Counted from the stretch's first letter, positions 39,523-53,128 are shown. The stretch: 64,000 bases of DNA from Octopus vulgaris (GCA_951406725.2 OX597818.1:111724001-111788000); one strand, 5' to 3'. Program-made: numbers and translations. Notes: generated by a model from the letters alone, not told the origin.

Positions 39523-39845
39523 TGAAGGCGCGCAGATTGGTGGTTTGGGTATTCGGCTCACGATCGTAAGGTCGCGAGTTCGATTCCCGGCGGCGCGTTG
39601 TGTCCTTGAGCAAGACACTCTATTTCATGTTGCTCCAGTTAACTCAGCTGGAAAAAATGAGTAGTACTTGTATTTCAAGGGGCCAGCCTTGTCACACATT
39701 GTGTCACGCTGAATCTCTGAGAAGTATAAGAAGGGGTACGCGTGTCTGTAGAGTGTTCAGCCACTTGCACGTTAATCTCACGAGCAAGCTGTTCCGTTGA
39801 TCAGATCAACGGGAACCCTTATCTCCGTAACCGATGGAGTACCAA
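39523..39845 (+). mobile_element. Chimeric SINE: D-type tRNA/CORE head with a family C tail
   Basis: B-box gagttcgattccc and gtgtccttgagcaagacact (CORE-like), then gggccagccttgtcacac..cgtaaccga.ggagt. Confidence 0.85.
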
Positions 39846-39927
39846 CCTGTGTAATCTTAGCCCCTCCACCATACTTAAAGGACTGCTTGAGCTAAGGGTG
39901 AAAATTTCATTTCATGCATAGCCATAT

Positions 39928-40350
39928 ATTATTTATTCCTTTATTGCCCACAGGGGCCTAAACATAGAGGAGAAAAATAAGGACAGACAAATGGATTAAG
40001 TCGATTACATCGACCCCAGTGCGTAACTGGTACTTATTTTACCGACTCCATTTCTAGTGATATTGTCTTTTTGTGTGACTAACAACAAGCGTGAGGGTGA
40101 GCTCTTCGTGAGTCCTGGAGTTGAGTTCACGAGGCAACCTTCCCACGATAGGGTGACCGTAAGATTGAGGTTTCGTTCCGGGACCGGGCGACTCGTTGTG
40201 TTCTTGAGCATAACACTTCATTTCACGTTGTTCCAGTCCACTCAGCTGGCAAGAATGAGTTATCTTTCAAATGACTGGCGTCCCCTCCACGTGGGAAGTA
40301 TATACGCCAGTGAAACCGTGAAACCGGCCGCCATGAGCCTGGCATTAATC
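39928..40350. mobile_element. SINE A tail (minus, 39928-40045) followed by SINE D (plus, about 40150-40350)
   Basis: Homology to other copies in this window. Confidence 0.75.
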
Positions 40351-40898
40351 GAGAATGAAACATTTATTTATTTTAATCTATAATAAACCAACCAAGCATA
40401 TTTTCTTCTGTTCCGCAGCCTGGCTTGTAGAACAAAAAAATGCCGTCTGTCGCAGACTTCTTGTTGAGTAAGATAAATATCTCTTTGAATTGCTTGTTTT
40501 ATTAGTTGTACATCAAATTAGAATGATATGAAAATATATGAAGTAAACTATAAAAACATTTTCAAGAGTCACAAATGAAAAAGATCGATATGCGGTTTCA
40601 AAAGCTTCGCACACGAAAACGTACAGAAATTCAATTTCAGACATATATATAGGAATTAGAATATAAACAAATATAATTAGGATTAAAAAAAATCACTAAC
40701 TTGCTTTAAGTTGTGTCATTAAGTTTAACAAAAGAAAGTACAAAAAAAAAAAAAAAAATTCTACGAAGTCGGCAGTCGGGAATCACCAGCATTTCTGAGC
40801 ACATAAATACATACAGACATACATGCTTACATACATACTTACACAGATACACACATGCATACGCACACAGACACACACAAGCATATACACAAATATAT

Positions 40899-40929
<31 letters not shown>

Positions 40930-40991
40930 CGTATATATATACTTGTATACATATGTGTGTATATATACAACTACATATGTACATATATATA

Positions 40992-41033
<42 letters not shown>

Positions 41034-41079
41034 CTTTTACATGTTTCAGGCACTTGACTGCAGCCATGCGGGAGCCCCC

Positions 41080-41116
<37 letters not shown>

Positions 41117-41120
41117 ACAC

Positions 41121-41189
<69 letters not shown>

Positions 41190-41190
<1 letters not shown>

Positions 41191-41378
41191 CCGACCACTG
41201 AACTGAACACGTTTTTTCCATTCCCTCTCTATTTTTTTCCTCTCATTCCTTTCTGTCTAAGAGCGTAGGCTCGAAACGTAAAAGACTTTTTCCTTTTTCC
41301 CGAGTGTCAAATTAATACACTCGCTTGTCGTTACGACACCTGTCTTCGTCTTTTGTTTTTCTATAAAATTAAACTATA
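41190..41378 (+). mobile_element. Penelope-like terminal remnant with a degenerate hammerhead (41249-41284)
   Basis: CTTT-CTGTCTA-A-GAGC-GTAG-GCTC-GAAAC-GTA-AAAG. Stems I and II and the GAAA box are intact; the CUGANGA box is mutated. Confidence 0.6.
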
Positions 41379-41691
41379 CATTTACACACGCGCGCACACA
41401 CATGCGCACATATATATATATACATACATACACACATGCATACGTAATATATATCTCATCTTTTAATTGTCTCAATCATTAGTCTGCGCCCATGATGAAG
41501 CACCGCCTTTAAGAACTCTAGAGTAAAATGAATCCAGCACACTACTTCTTTTTATTTCCTTGTACTTCATATATATATATATGTGTGTGTGTGTGTGTAA
41601 ATATATATATGTGTGTATGTATATATATATATATGTGTATGTATATATATATGTATGTATGTATATGTGTGTGTATATATATATGTATATA

Positions 41692-41765
<74 letters not shown>

Positions 41766-41855
41766 TGGTAACTGGATTAGATTCATTTGACTAAGAATTC
41801 TTCAGGGTGGTGCCCCATTATGGCCACATATTAATGACTGAAATAAGATAAAAGA

Positions 41856-41915
<60 letters not shown>

Positions 41916-42407
41916 CGTTTGTTTACCTAACTAGCCTATCTGTTTTCAACTCTCCGGCTCAATATCTCTGTCTGTCTCTCTCCTCTCTCTCTCTCTCTCT
42001 CTCTGCCTTTCTCTTTCTTTCTAACAATTCTTTTCCCCCGTTAGAATCTCTGCCTTTCGATTCCACTTCTCTCCATCAGTATCTCTTTCGATGATTATCT
42101 GCGAGCAAACTAGTGTCTAGACGATTCTTAGCTCAATCTTACCGAGACGCCTATAAATTGCTGGCGGATGCTTCAATAAATGACAGCATTTCAAATTGAA
42201 TCAGACTTATAAATAACTAAAGAGATAAATATTAATAGAGATTCAACGAAACGGAGATACACAAGTCTTTATTCATACATTTACACGTATACACATATGC
42301 AAACACGTACACACCCTGACAAAAAGCACATGTTTATGTATTCGGGTACTTTTATGCATACGCTGCGTATACTTGTCTACTACATATACACACGCACTCA
42401 TAAAAAA

Positions 42408-42463
42408 CGATCAATAGGGATCGTGCCTATATATATATATATAGGCACGATCCCTATTGATCG
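42408..42463. repeat. Perfect 56-bp palindrome centred on (TA)8
   Basis: CGATCAATAGGGATCGTGCC-(TA)8-GGCACGATCCCTATTGATCG. Confidence 0.97.
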
Positions 42464-42598
42464 GTTTTTTTTTCTTCTTTTTTTTACGATCCCTTTTGAT
42501 CGAAAATCTACCCCCACCTTTTTCTCCCTCTCGAAAACGAAAAGCACTACTTTGTAATTTGTCCCCTCTGTGTCCAGCCCTGTGTGGCTAATAAAGAA

Positions 42599-42648
<50 letters not shown>

Positions 42649-42674
42649 GTGTATGTATATTATATATATATATA

Positions 42675-43050
42675 CGGTAAGAAGATTGCTTCCCAACTAC
42701 ATGTCTCCGGGTTCAGTCCCACAGCGTGGCCATGCGGGAGCACGACACACACAAGTTCTACTATAGCTTCGGGCCGATCAAAGCCTTGTGACTGGATTTG
42801 GTTGAGGGAAACGGAAAGAAGGTCGTCGTATATATAAATATATGTGTGTCTGTGTTTGTCCGCACTCCATCGCTTGACAACCGACGTCGGTGTGTTTATG
42901 TTCCGTAACTTAGCGATTCAGCCAAAAGACACCGTGAGAATAAGTTCTAGGCTAACAAAGAATATTTCCTAGGGGTCGATTTGTTCGACTAAAGGCTGTG
43001 CTCCAGCATCGCCTCAGCCAAATGATTAAAACAAGTAAAAGAATACAAGA
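42675..43050 (+). mobile_element. SINE family B
   Basis: Head, body and tail homology. Confidence 0.85.
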
Positions 43051-43072
43051 ATATATATATATATATATATAC

Positions 43073-43161
<89 letters not shown>

Positions 43162-43238
43162 ATATATATTTATATATACTTAAATATAAGAGAGTTACCG
43201 CTAAGTGGTTAATATCTAATCTTTCACCCTCATTTATG

Positions 43239-43279
<41 letters not shown>

Positions 43280-43297
<18 letters not shown>

Positions 43298-43663
43298 TAC
43301 TCTTTTACTGTTTCACTTGTTTCAGTCATTTGACTGTGACCATGCTGGAGCACCGCCTTTAGTCGAGCAAATCGACCCCAAGGCTTATTCTATCGGCCTC
43401 TTTTGCCGAACTGCTAGCTTACGGTGACGTTAACACACCAGCATCGGTTGTCAAGCGATGTTGGAGGGAGGCAAACACACAAAAGTATACACACACATAC
43501 ATATGTATATACATATATATGACAGGCTTCTTTCAGTTTCCGTCTATCAATTCCATTCACAAGGCTTATAGTAGAAAATACTTGCTCAAGGTGTCACGCA
43601 GTGGGACTGAACCCGGGACTATGTGGTTGGTAAGCAAGCTACTTATCACACAGCCACTCCTAT
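43280..43663 (-). mobile_element. SINE family B, full length
   Basis: Ends in cacacagccactcct, the reverse complement of the B head. Confidence 0.9.
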
Positions 43664-43706
43664 GAGTGTGTTTGTGTGTGTTTGTGTGCATGTGTGTTTG
43701 TATGTG

Positions 43707-43910
43707 TGTGGAGGCGAGTGACTTAGTGGTTAGGGTGTTGAACTCATCACCATTAGATCGTGCTTTCGATTCCAGGACCGGGCAATACTGTATGATCTTC
43801 AGGAAAACACTTTATTTCATGTTGCTCCAATCCACTCACCCGTCAAAAATGAGCAGTTCCGTAACGGACCGCCGGGAAATATATGCGTCACCGAAACGAT
43901 GGAACTCTGG
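43707..43910 (+). mobile_element. SINE family D
   Basis: ggaggcgagtgacttagtggttagggtg..ttcgattcc..aaacactttatttcatgttgctcca. Confidence 0.75.
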
Positions 43911-45291
43911 GACACTGTTATTTAGTCTTTCTACCATGATGTGTACTAGAGCGACTAGTACGTCTTGCGCTCGAACCTGCCAGGAGTTCCTACGAGAGTT
44001 CCGGACCCCAGTTATGAACTCATTAGCATACAGCCAATCAGAGCTCAAGTAGCAACCTAATTTATGGCGCATAACAAGTGAAGGGCGATAAGATGAGTTC
44101 ACTTGGGTAAGGAATGACCATGTTTCTTTTCTGTTTTAAGAATGTTTCTTGTTCTTGTTTCAACCCTGGCTACTTCTACATAGATATTTGTGTTGCTGTT
44201 TATTTTGTAAAGCAGTAAGGGGAGAGAGTTGCTAGCACATTACCCTCTACCCACATTTTCCCGTCCACATCTTTACCATATGGGACCCTAACAAAATCCG
44301 ATAATAGGTATAGATGCAAATCTAATTACTTGTCTCCTTCTAAAACCAGGCATAACTTGGCGAACGGTGGCCTGAGAACACCGTTCTTCGTCTTGAATTT
44401 ACTTGGGTAAGTGTGTTTACTAATTTGACAACAAGGTCAAGATGAGTTCTGATTTGTTGTATGCAAATGAGTTCATTACTGGGCTCCGGAAATCTTGTGG
44501 GAAAAAAAATTCGTTGCCGGGACTTAGCAAATCCAAATAGCGACAAATGATACTAATTATATTTTCATCCAGAGTGTCAAAGAAAATTACTCGCGTCTTA
44601 TTCTTTACTGCTATTCAATTATTTTATCGACCCATGATTCGAACTCAGACAATTTATGTCACTATATGTTACATTAAGATGTTGGAGAACATCAACTGCG
44701 TGAATCAATACGCCTTGTCTATTAAAGAACAATAGAATATGCAGTAGTTTAGTGGCACACACACACACACACACACAACCCACACACACCATAATATATA
44801 TATGCTGCAGTTATATTTGGTAAATAACGGTGTGCCATGATGCTTAAAATACCAATTCTACAGAACGACTATTATTCCGTATATACCTATAAAGCATTTT
44901 AGTGGAGCAGAGCACAAAGCAAATGCAGTTTTGTTTTGTTGCGAATGCTGCATTAACTGCCAGCTATAAATGGTACCTATAATATCTAGGGTTTTGCAAT
45001 AATATGTTCTTGATCCAAAATAGAGATGCCGTGTTTGGCAGTCAGATGCTATTAATAATAATATCTGCGTCTATAAATGGGTTTTCAAGCTGACATCGTG
45101 TTAGCTGCTTCGTTGAATCTAACAAATAATGATGAATACAAATTGATTTGATTGTTGACCAATTTTCACAAATATCTTCACTCTGATAATTATGATAATA
45201 GAATTTTTTTTTCCATTTTTCATTTTTGTAAATTATCAACGAATTACTGTATCTCAATCGAGCAGAGTTTCGGTTTGAAATATATATTATA

Positions 45292-45690
45292 TGTTTTACT
45301 TGTTTCAGTCATTAGACTGCGGCCATACTGGGATACCGCCTTGAAGAATTTTTGAGTCGATTGAATCGATACAGGTATTTATATTTTGTAAAGATTGGTT
45401 CTTATTCTACCGTTGTCTTTTGCCTAACCGCTACGTTATGGGAACGTAAACACACCAACACCAATCGTCAGGCAGTATTGGGGGACATACAGACACACAC
45501 AATGATGTAAGCACACATACACATATATATGTGTATGATGGGCTTCTCTAATTTTCCGTCTACTAAATGTACACACAAGGCTTTGGTCGGCCAGAGGCTA
45601 CAGAAGATACCCTATGTTCCACGCAGTGGAACTGAAACCGAAATCCTTGGTTGGGAAGCAAAATTCATATCACACAGCCACGCCCGTACT
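45292..45690 (-). mobile_element. SINE family B, diverged
   Basis: Head and tail homology. Confidence 0.82.
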
Positions 45691-46009
45691 TATCAATAAT
45701 TAATCAAGAAAATAAATATTTAATAATATCGCTAATGAATTACTTTTAATATCTTAAGAACTCTAAAATAAAATAAATACAATTACAAAATGAGATTCAG
45801 ACGATAAAATAATTTATTTGTGTCTTCTTCACAATCTAAACAAATTCTATATTTTAAAGAACTACAGTTCAACCCGCAACCAACGGCTTTTAATTTACAC
45901 ATCCATCAGTGTTAAGTACTTTCCAAAAAGAAGGAAAACCTACTTTGTTTACCCACTTCCTTAATAATTATTTGACTATCATTAGAAAGCAGAATATATT
46001 ATTAGATAT

Positions 46010-46460
46010 TGGTTTCAAACTTTGATATAAGGCCAGCAGCTTCGGGGGTGGGTGAGGGTGGTAAGTGGATGACGTTGCCCACAGAGTTCAACTTGGACTT
46101 ATTTCATCGACCCCCACGAAAGGGATGAAAGGCAAAGTCAATCTTGGCGGAATTTGAACTCAGAAGGCCAAGACAGACAACTGTGCCACGTGTTAACGAT
46201 TCTGCCAACTCGCTGCCTTAGAATATATTTATTTCTTTATTGCCCAAATGGGTGGGGTGTAAACATAGAGGTGAGAAACAAGGGATTAAGTCGATTACAT
46301 CGACCCCAGTGCGTAACTGGTATTTATTTAATCGACCCCGAAAGGATGAAAGGCAAAGTCAAACCTCGGCGGAATTTGAACTCAGAACGCCAAGACGGAC
46401 AAAATGCCGCTAGGCATTTGGTGCGACGTGCTAACGTTTCTGCCAGCTCGCTGCCTTAGA
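46010..46460 (-). mobile_element. Two tandem SINE A units
   Basis: Two heads ending in ctcgctgccttagaatata. Confidence 0.85.
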
Positions 46461-47234
46461 ATATATTATAAATATTGATGACGTGTGATTGGCCATCCTT
46501 TGGCACGAAGTTTATATATTTTCATAGTAAATATAAATAGATAAATGAAATAAATAAATATATTTGTCACATACCTGTGATAAATATAAGAAATAGAGAT
46601 AGATAAAATAAATAAATAAATAAATCTATATAAAGGGTATCGATACAAACAACATAAGAAGTGAACCCGTATACACACACAAACACACGCACAATAACTT
46701 CACAGACGGCTGCAACAATATCAACAACACGACTAACAACGACAGCATCAGCGGCGGTAACAACGATGGCAATAACAACAACAACAGCTATTATCACGAT
46801 GGCAACACCGTTGGCGAACACACAAACACAGAGAGATACAGGAACTGTACCAAATGTTCTGATCCTAGAACAGCAGTAACACAATAGAGTGAGAGGATGG
46901 CGCTGAAGGGAAGGCCATACTGCTGCAAAGAACAATGACACACACAAAAACAAACACACACACGCATATACACACATGCGCGCGCGTCTGTTTCAAATAA
47001 GATAAGACAACAAAGCCAAGGCAGTGTGGAATTTTCAGGACATTTTCAAAATGTAGCCACACGCAAATCGTTGGCGATTTTTTCCCCTCCGTCTTCCTTT
47101 TCTGAAGAAAAGCTTTGCTCCAAACGTAAAACCACCTTTCTTTCCTTCCCTGAGCATCTGATAATACTTTACATGTACCATGTCCTCGCATTGTTGTTTT
47201 TTGTGTTTGTTCTTCGTTTTTTTGGGGTGATTTA

Positions 47235-47274
<40 letters not shown>

Positions 47275-48283
47275 ACAAACTCACACACCCAATATACATA
47301 TTTTACGTTGTTCTCAATATTTAGTCCTTGTACGTTCAATGCATCGGTGATGTTTGATATCATTACCGCACTCAAAAGTTCACTACCATTGAATATAAAG
47401 GCCTTACACTCCAAACGTCCCGAAACGGTGCTGATTCTATTCCCAGTTGAAACCAATATGTTCTTTTCCACTAATCGTTTCCTCGTTTCATTTCAATTTT
47501 CATTCTACACACACACATATATATATGCATGTGTGTGTGTGTGTGTGTGTGTGTGAAGCAAAACCATACCTCTATCGCTTTTTTATATTCGTGAATAAAT
47601 CACAACAATTTGTTTACATACTCAGGCAATAAATAAAGGAAATGTCTATGCGCATCGTAAGAAACTCTAAACCGCAGTGAAAAAAAAATAGAAACCAGTT
47701 CTTTTTCAAGTAAACATGTTATATTACGTCGTAAGAAAAAACTGGTGAAATAGCTGTACTGAATAATCTATAAAAAACAAAGTAACACTAAGGCATATAT
47801 CTAAGAAATTCAGAACGTGTATACAATGACAATGGTCTGGCGATGAATTGTATCATGTACAGAAAAAAATGCTCATATTTAGAAAAAGAAAAAAAAAAAT
47901 CTAGCGTAAGAAAACATTATCACCATAGAAAGCCAAACGAAGTACTTCTCTGTGTTAACAAATATTCAAACTCACACTTTCAATGATAACATCTTATTTG
48001 TAACATGAAAAACAAAATAATTCATTCACCCGCAATGACCTTCGAAAAAAATATATACGGTATATGAGTGTGTGGGGGCCGTGTCTATTGGGGGCATAGA
48101 CAGACAGACAGATAGACAGATAGATACATACATACATAACAAACAACCGATGGTGGTGTGTTTACGTCCCCCATAACTTAGCGGTTCGGCAATAGAAAAC
48201 GATAGAATAAGTACTAGACTTATAAAGAATAAGACCTAGGATCGATTTGTTCGACAAATGACTGAAACAAATAAAAAAAGAAT

Positions 48284-48329
<46 letters not shown>

Positions 48330-48665
48330 GCATTCACACGTACACACACACGCGCGTGCACAAAGTAAGCGCAAGCGGTATTTAAAATTTACGACATCTG
48401 TTGCACTAGAATTTTATTCAATAAAGTCATAAAAGATTACATCATAAAATAAAACCCTCCGCCATTATCAGGTAAGATTTGACACCGATATGACTTGGAC
48501 ACAGTCAACGTCGTTGGACTAGTGGTTCATTTGCGTTTTACATTGTAATTTAGAGGATAATTAGAAGGTAAATACTGGCAAATAAGAAACAGGAAGATCA
48601 TAAAAAATATACAATCTAAATTCATTTATGTAAATTAGGTGATGTTTTAACAACGATGCCGGATA

Positions 48666-49045
48666 TGTGGTTGGCACTCCGTCGGTTACGACGACGAGGG
48701 TTCCAGTTGATCCGATCAACGGAACAGCCTGCTCGTGAAATTAACGTGCAAGTGGCTGAGCACTCCACAGTCACGTGTACTCCTGACGTAGTTCACGGGT
48801 AGATTCAGCGTGACACAGAGTGTGACAAGGCTGGTCCTTTGAAATTCAGATACGACAGAAACAGGAAGAAAGAGTGAGAAAAAGTTGTAGTGAAAGAGTA
48901 CCATCGCCACCATCCCCTGCCGGAGCCTTGTGGAACTCTTTGGTGTTTTCGATCAATAAACACCCACAAACCCCGGTCTGGGAATCGAAACTGTAATCCC
49001 ACGACCGCGAGTCCGCTGCCCTAACCTCTGGGCCATTGCGCCTCC
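48666..49045 (-). mobile_element. SINE family C, full length, 13-bp TSD
   Basis: TSD ACGATGCCGGATA (48653-48665) / ACGATGCCGAATA (49046-49058). tRNA A and B boxes in the head. Confidence 0.92.
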
Positions 49046-49327
49046 ACGATGCCGAATAAACTAGGAATCAACAGACATAACGTTGCTATGAGCTGTCATG
49101 AAAAAGTCCACAAAACCTTAGTGGATATACGACGCCCTACAAGCGCTTGATACACATTTAATATTCTTTATTTGAATGCGAGCTGAGTGTTGTATCGTAA
49201 CTAGCCATTTCTGACGTCCTACCAGTTGTTGTACCTTGATTCTATGAATCCATATAACATTCTATGCATACATACATTTATACATACATACATACATACA
49301 TATCTATGTGTGTGCGTGTATGTGTAT

Positions 49328-49391
<64 letters not shown>

Positions 49392-49393
<2 letters not shown>

Positions 49394-49650
49394 GTGTGTG
49401 GCTCAGTGATTAAGATGTTGCGTTCATGACAGTAAGGTTGTGTTTTTAGTTCCTGGACCGGGCGATGCGTTGTGTTCTTTGGCTGATCCCTTAATTTCAC
49501 GTGGCTCTAATCCACTCAGCTGGCAAAAATTAAGCGGTCCTCCGACGGACCGGCGTCCTGCCCAGTATGGGAATACATCGGCCACAGAAACCGTGAGACC
49601 AGCCTTATATCTGCGAGTGGCACGGGAAGGACCTTTCAGGCCTTATTCTT
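49392..49650 (+). mobile_element. SINE family D
   Basis: tggctcagtgattaag head. Homologous to 40150-40350 and 43707-43910. Confidence 0.72.
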
Positions 49651-49745
49651 TCATACACATATACATACATATATATATATATATACACACACATATACAC
49701 ACACATACACATACACACACATATATACATATATTTATATATGTA

Positions 49746-49791
<46 letters not shown>

Positions 49792-49882
49792 GTGTGTGTG
49801 TGTGTGTGTGTGTGTTTTATATTCATATACATATATATATATATATATATTCACATACATACTTGTACATATATATATATAC

Positions 49883-49951
<69 letters not shown>

Positions 49952-49991
49952 AGTGGGTGGGTGTAAATATATATATATATATAAATTACAA

Positions 49992-50170
49992 AATGGAGTT
50001 AGGCGCAGGTGTTATTCAAATCTTTATGCTTCCGACATATATTTTGAAGAAAACGTTAGTATTATTCCTGAGGAAGTAAAATGATGTAAAATAATGTAAT
50101 CATCTCGTCAGGGAAAGAAAAGAGAAACAAAACACATAAAGAAGCCATTTTAACCGAATGTGATTACGGC
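49992..50170 (-). mobile_element. Second, decayed copy of the 30.5-kb hammerhead repeat (HHR at 50029-50116)
   Basis: Minus strand reads TTTCC-CTGACGA-GATGA..TCTTC-AAAAT-ATAT-GTC-GGAAG. Flank aatggagtt..tattcaaat is shared with 30454-30490. Confidence 0.75.
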
Positions 50171-50534
50171 GGATATGTTACTTTTTTAAAAAGTCGTTAA
50201 TATGTTTATATATATATATACTTATATATATATCAAATGAGAGAAAGAGAGAATGGAATTTATGAGATTCTTTATTCATCGTTTAGACCAATCTTGCATC
50301 GATCTCTCGCGGGTGAGATTCTGGAGAACTGGCTGTGATGCATCATTCGGAGCAGATGTGTCACGTCAGGTACCTTTTCAAAAGGTGCTTCGCTCAAGAA
50401 ACTCGGTAACTAAAGAAATACATTATAAGAGAATCAAGCGAAAGTGATGACATCAGGTAGCCGAAGACAGTGAACGTGCTTTACTCAGCATGCTACCAAG
50501 CATATATATATAAATATATATATATGAATCAGTT

Positions 50535-50948
50535 GTGGATAAAACAGTGATTGGAACTATGCAACAGAGACCTGTCGTTGGTTCCTTAAATTCCACGCCC
50601 TTAATAGCTGAAGTAATAACATCAATAAATAAATTGAATCTTGGTAGGGCACCTGGAAAGAATGGAATTTGTGCTGAGGTTTTGCGATTTGGTGGTGATT
50701 ACATCACACAGTCCTTTCATAAACTTATTTGTGCAGTCTGGAGGGGTGGTGCAATGCTTAAGGACTGGACGGATGCAATTAATCTTCCTCTCTTTAAAGG
50801 AAAATGGGCCAGAAGAATGTGTGGTAACTACAGGGGTATTGCTCTACTATCAGCTGCTGGCAAGGTTCTGGCAAATATTCTTCTTACCAGGCTGAATGGG
50901 TGCCTCGTAAATGATGTCCTATCTGGTAGAGGGACAATGGATATGATA
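50535..50948 (+). pseudogene. RTE-clade LINE reverse transcriptase fragment
   Basis: [57 protein letters not shown] are N-terminal RT motifs. The expected QCGFR segment is deleted and the frame runs into (TA)n. Confidence 0.92.
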
Positions 50949-51082
50949 TATATATATGTATATTTGCATATATATATACATATATGTATATGTATATGCA
51001 TATATATATTATTACATATATACATATACATATATACATAATAGGCATATATATATATATATATTATATGTATATATGTATA

Positions 51083-51153
<71 letters not shown>

Positions 51154-51974
51154 ATAAAACGGTAAGATAACAAAAGAAAGAAAGAGACCTCAATATTATG
51201 TAAATAGAGGAATATATATATACTCTCATACACATATTACAGGGGCATGTGTGTCAAGTATATTCTTCGTAATCCAATTATGGGATATCAATTTGCACAC
51301 ACATGAACATATATACATGGGATATCAATTTGCACACACATGACCATATATACACACACATATACACACACATGCACAAACGTATACATACATGAATAGA
51401 TGTACGTTTATGAAAAGAGTGGGGGAGAGAAAGAGAGAGATAGAGAGAGATAGAGCAGAAAGATAGTGGTATACCTGAAAAGTTCAAACCACGCCTAAAT
51501 CACTTTTATTGTCCGTTATCTTTTTAAATAAGGAGAAGTAAACTAAATTAGTTTTAAATAATATTTCCCGTTTCTTCTTAATGAAACTCCCTCGTGTCTA
51601 AACAGAATACGCTTTCATTTTAATGATGCCGCTCGTATTTCAGAGTTAAGTTCTCGCTTTGACAGTTTTGGATTGCTTTCTTGTTCCTAAGTGGTTTCGC
51701 CTTTTTCATTTAATAGCCATTGAAGAAGTACTCTCGACCTTTCTAAGTCCTTCCAGAATGGCGAGATTGATGTGGTTAATGTTTCCAGTGTAAATATCTG
51801 CAAACTGTTGTTAGTAGAGAGAAATCCAAGCGACCAGAAAATGCTTAAGAGACGCTCTTGGAGGTGAGATAGCAAGATAAACAGAAGGAAGAATGATGTG
51901 GACATTGATGGAGAGAGAATGTAAAAATATCAAGAAGAGTGGAGAGACCGTTGTATAAATGAATGCTTTCAAAA

Positions 51975-52587
51975 TCTGGCACACGGTTAACAATTTTAGA
52001 GGAGTGGTAATTCGATTCCATTGATCGTTGTGCTTGACTGGGGCTTATTTTATCGATTCCGAGAGGATGAAAGGCAAAGTCGACTTCAGCAACATTTGAA
52101 CTCTGAACGTAAAGCCGGAAGAAATGTTTCTAAGCGTTTTGTTCGACATGTTAACGAAAGAACCTGCATGCTCTCCGCCGTACCGTTGTATAGAATAATC
52201 TTTTCTATTATAGGCACAAAGTCTGGAATTTAGGGGAGGAGGCTTGTCGGTTAAATTGACTCCAGTGCTTAACTAGTACTTATTTTATCGACCCCGAACC
52301 GGCGGTATTTGAACTTAGAGCATGGAGACGGACGAAAATAGCTGTTAAGCATTCTAATGGGCAAGCTAACGGTTCCGCCAGCTCGCCACTTTACAGTGGG
52401 AACAATCGCAGCAATTTTAGGGCGAGTAGATAAGTGAATTACACCGACCTCAGTGTTTAACTGGTACTTATTTGATCCACCCCGAACCGATGAAAGGCAA
52501 AGTGGACCCCGGCGGAATTCGAACTCAAAACGTAAAGACGGAGGAAATACCACAGCCGTCATGCTAGCTATTCCGCCAGCTCGTGAT
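51975..52587 (-). mobile_element. Three diverged SINE A units
   Basis: Repeated ..ttgaact.. and gccagctcg motifs. Confidence 0.78.
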
Positions 52588-52822
52588 CTTACTGTCGTAT
52601 AAAATAATATAAAAACAATTGGCGAAGCACAAAGCCAGAGCGATTGTGATCTTGGTGTTGACCTATGTTGGTGATCAAATGTTTGCCAATTAGACTGAGG
52701 GTCTTCGATTTGGATGCTTTTGAAGATATTTCCTTGTATAACATAATTGAGGCCGTTACAGATATATGGACATTGCTACAAAGCGGATGATACAAGAGTT
52801 TTGTTGAGGCAAACTAGTATAA

Positions 52823-53070
52823 TCCAGCCTTCATCAGGTGTCTTGGAGAAATTTCGAACCTGGGTTCTCATTCCTAAGGTATTTTTCGATGCTATTATTA
52901 TTATTATTATTATTATTCAGGTCACTGCCTGGAATCGAACTCGGTATCTTGGGGTTAATAGTCCGCGCTCTTAACCACTACACCATATGCCTGTGGGCAT
53001 ATGGCGTACAGGTTAAGAGCGCGGGCTACTAACCCCAATACTCAGAGTTCGATTCCAGGCAGTGACCTGA

Positions 53071-53128
<58 letters not shown>

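Noticed and set aside
52996-53070. Functional tRNA gene
   Set aside because: A and B boxes are present but there is no proper acceptor stem or terminator. It is the head of a repeat. The same applies to the heads of SINEs A-D.
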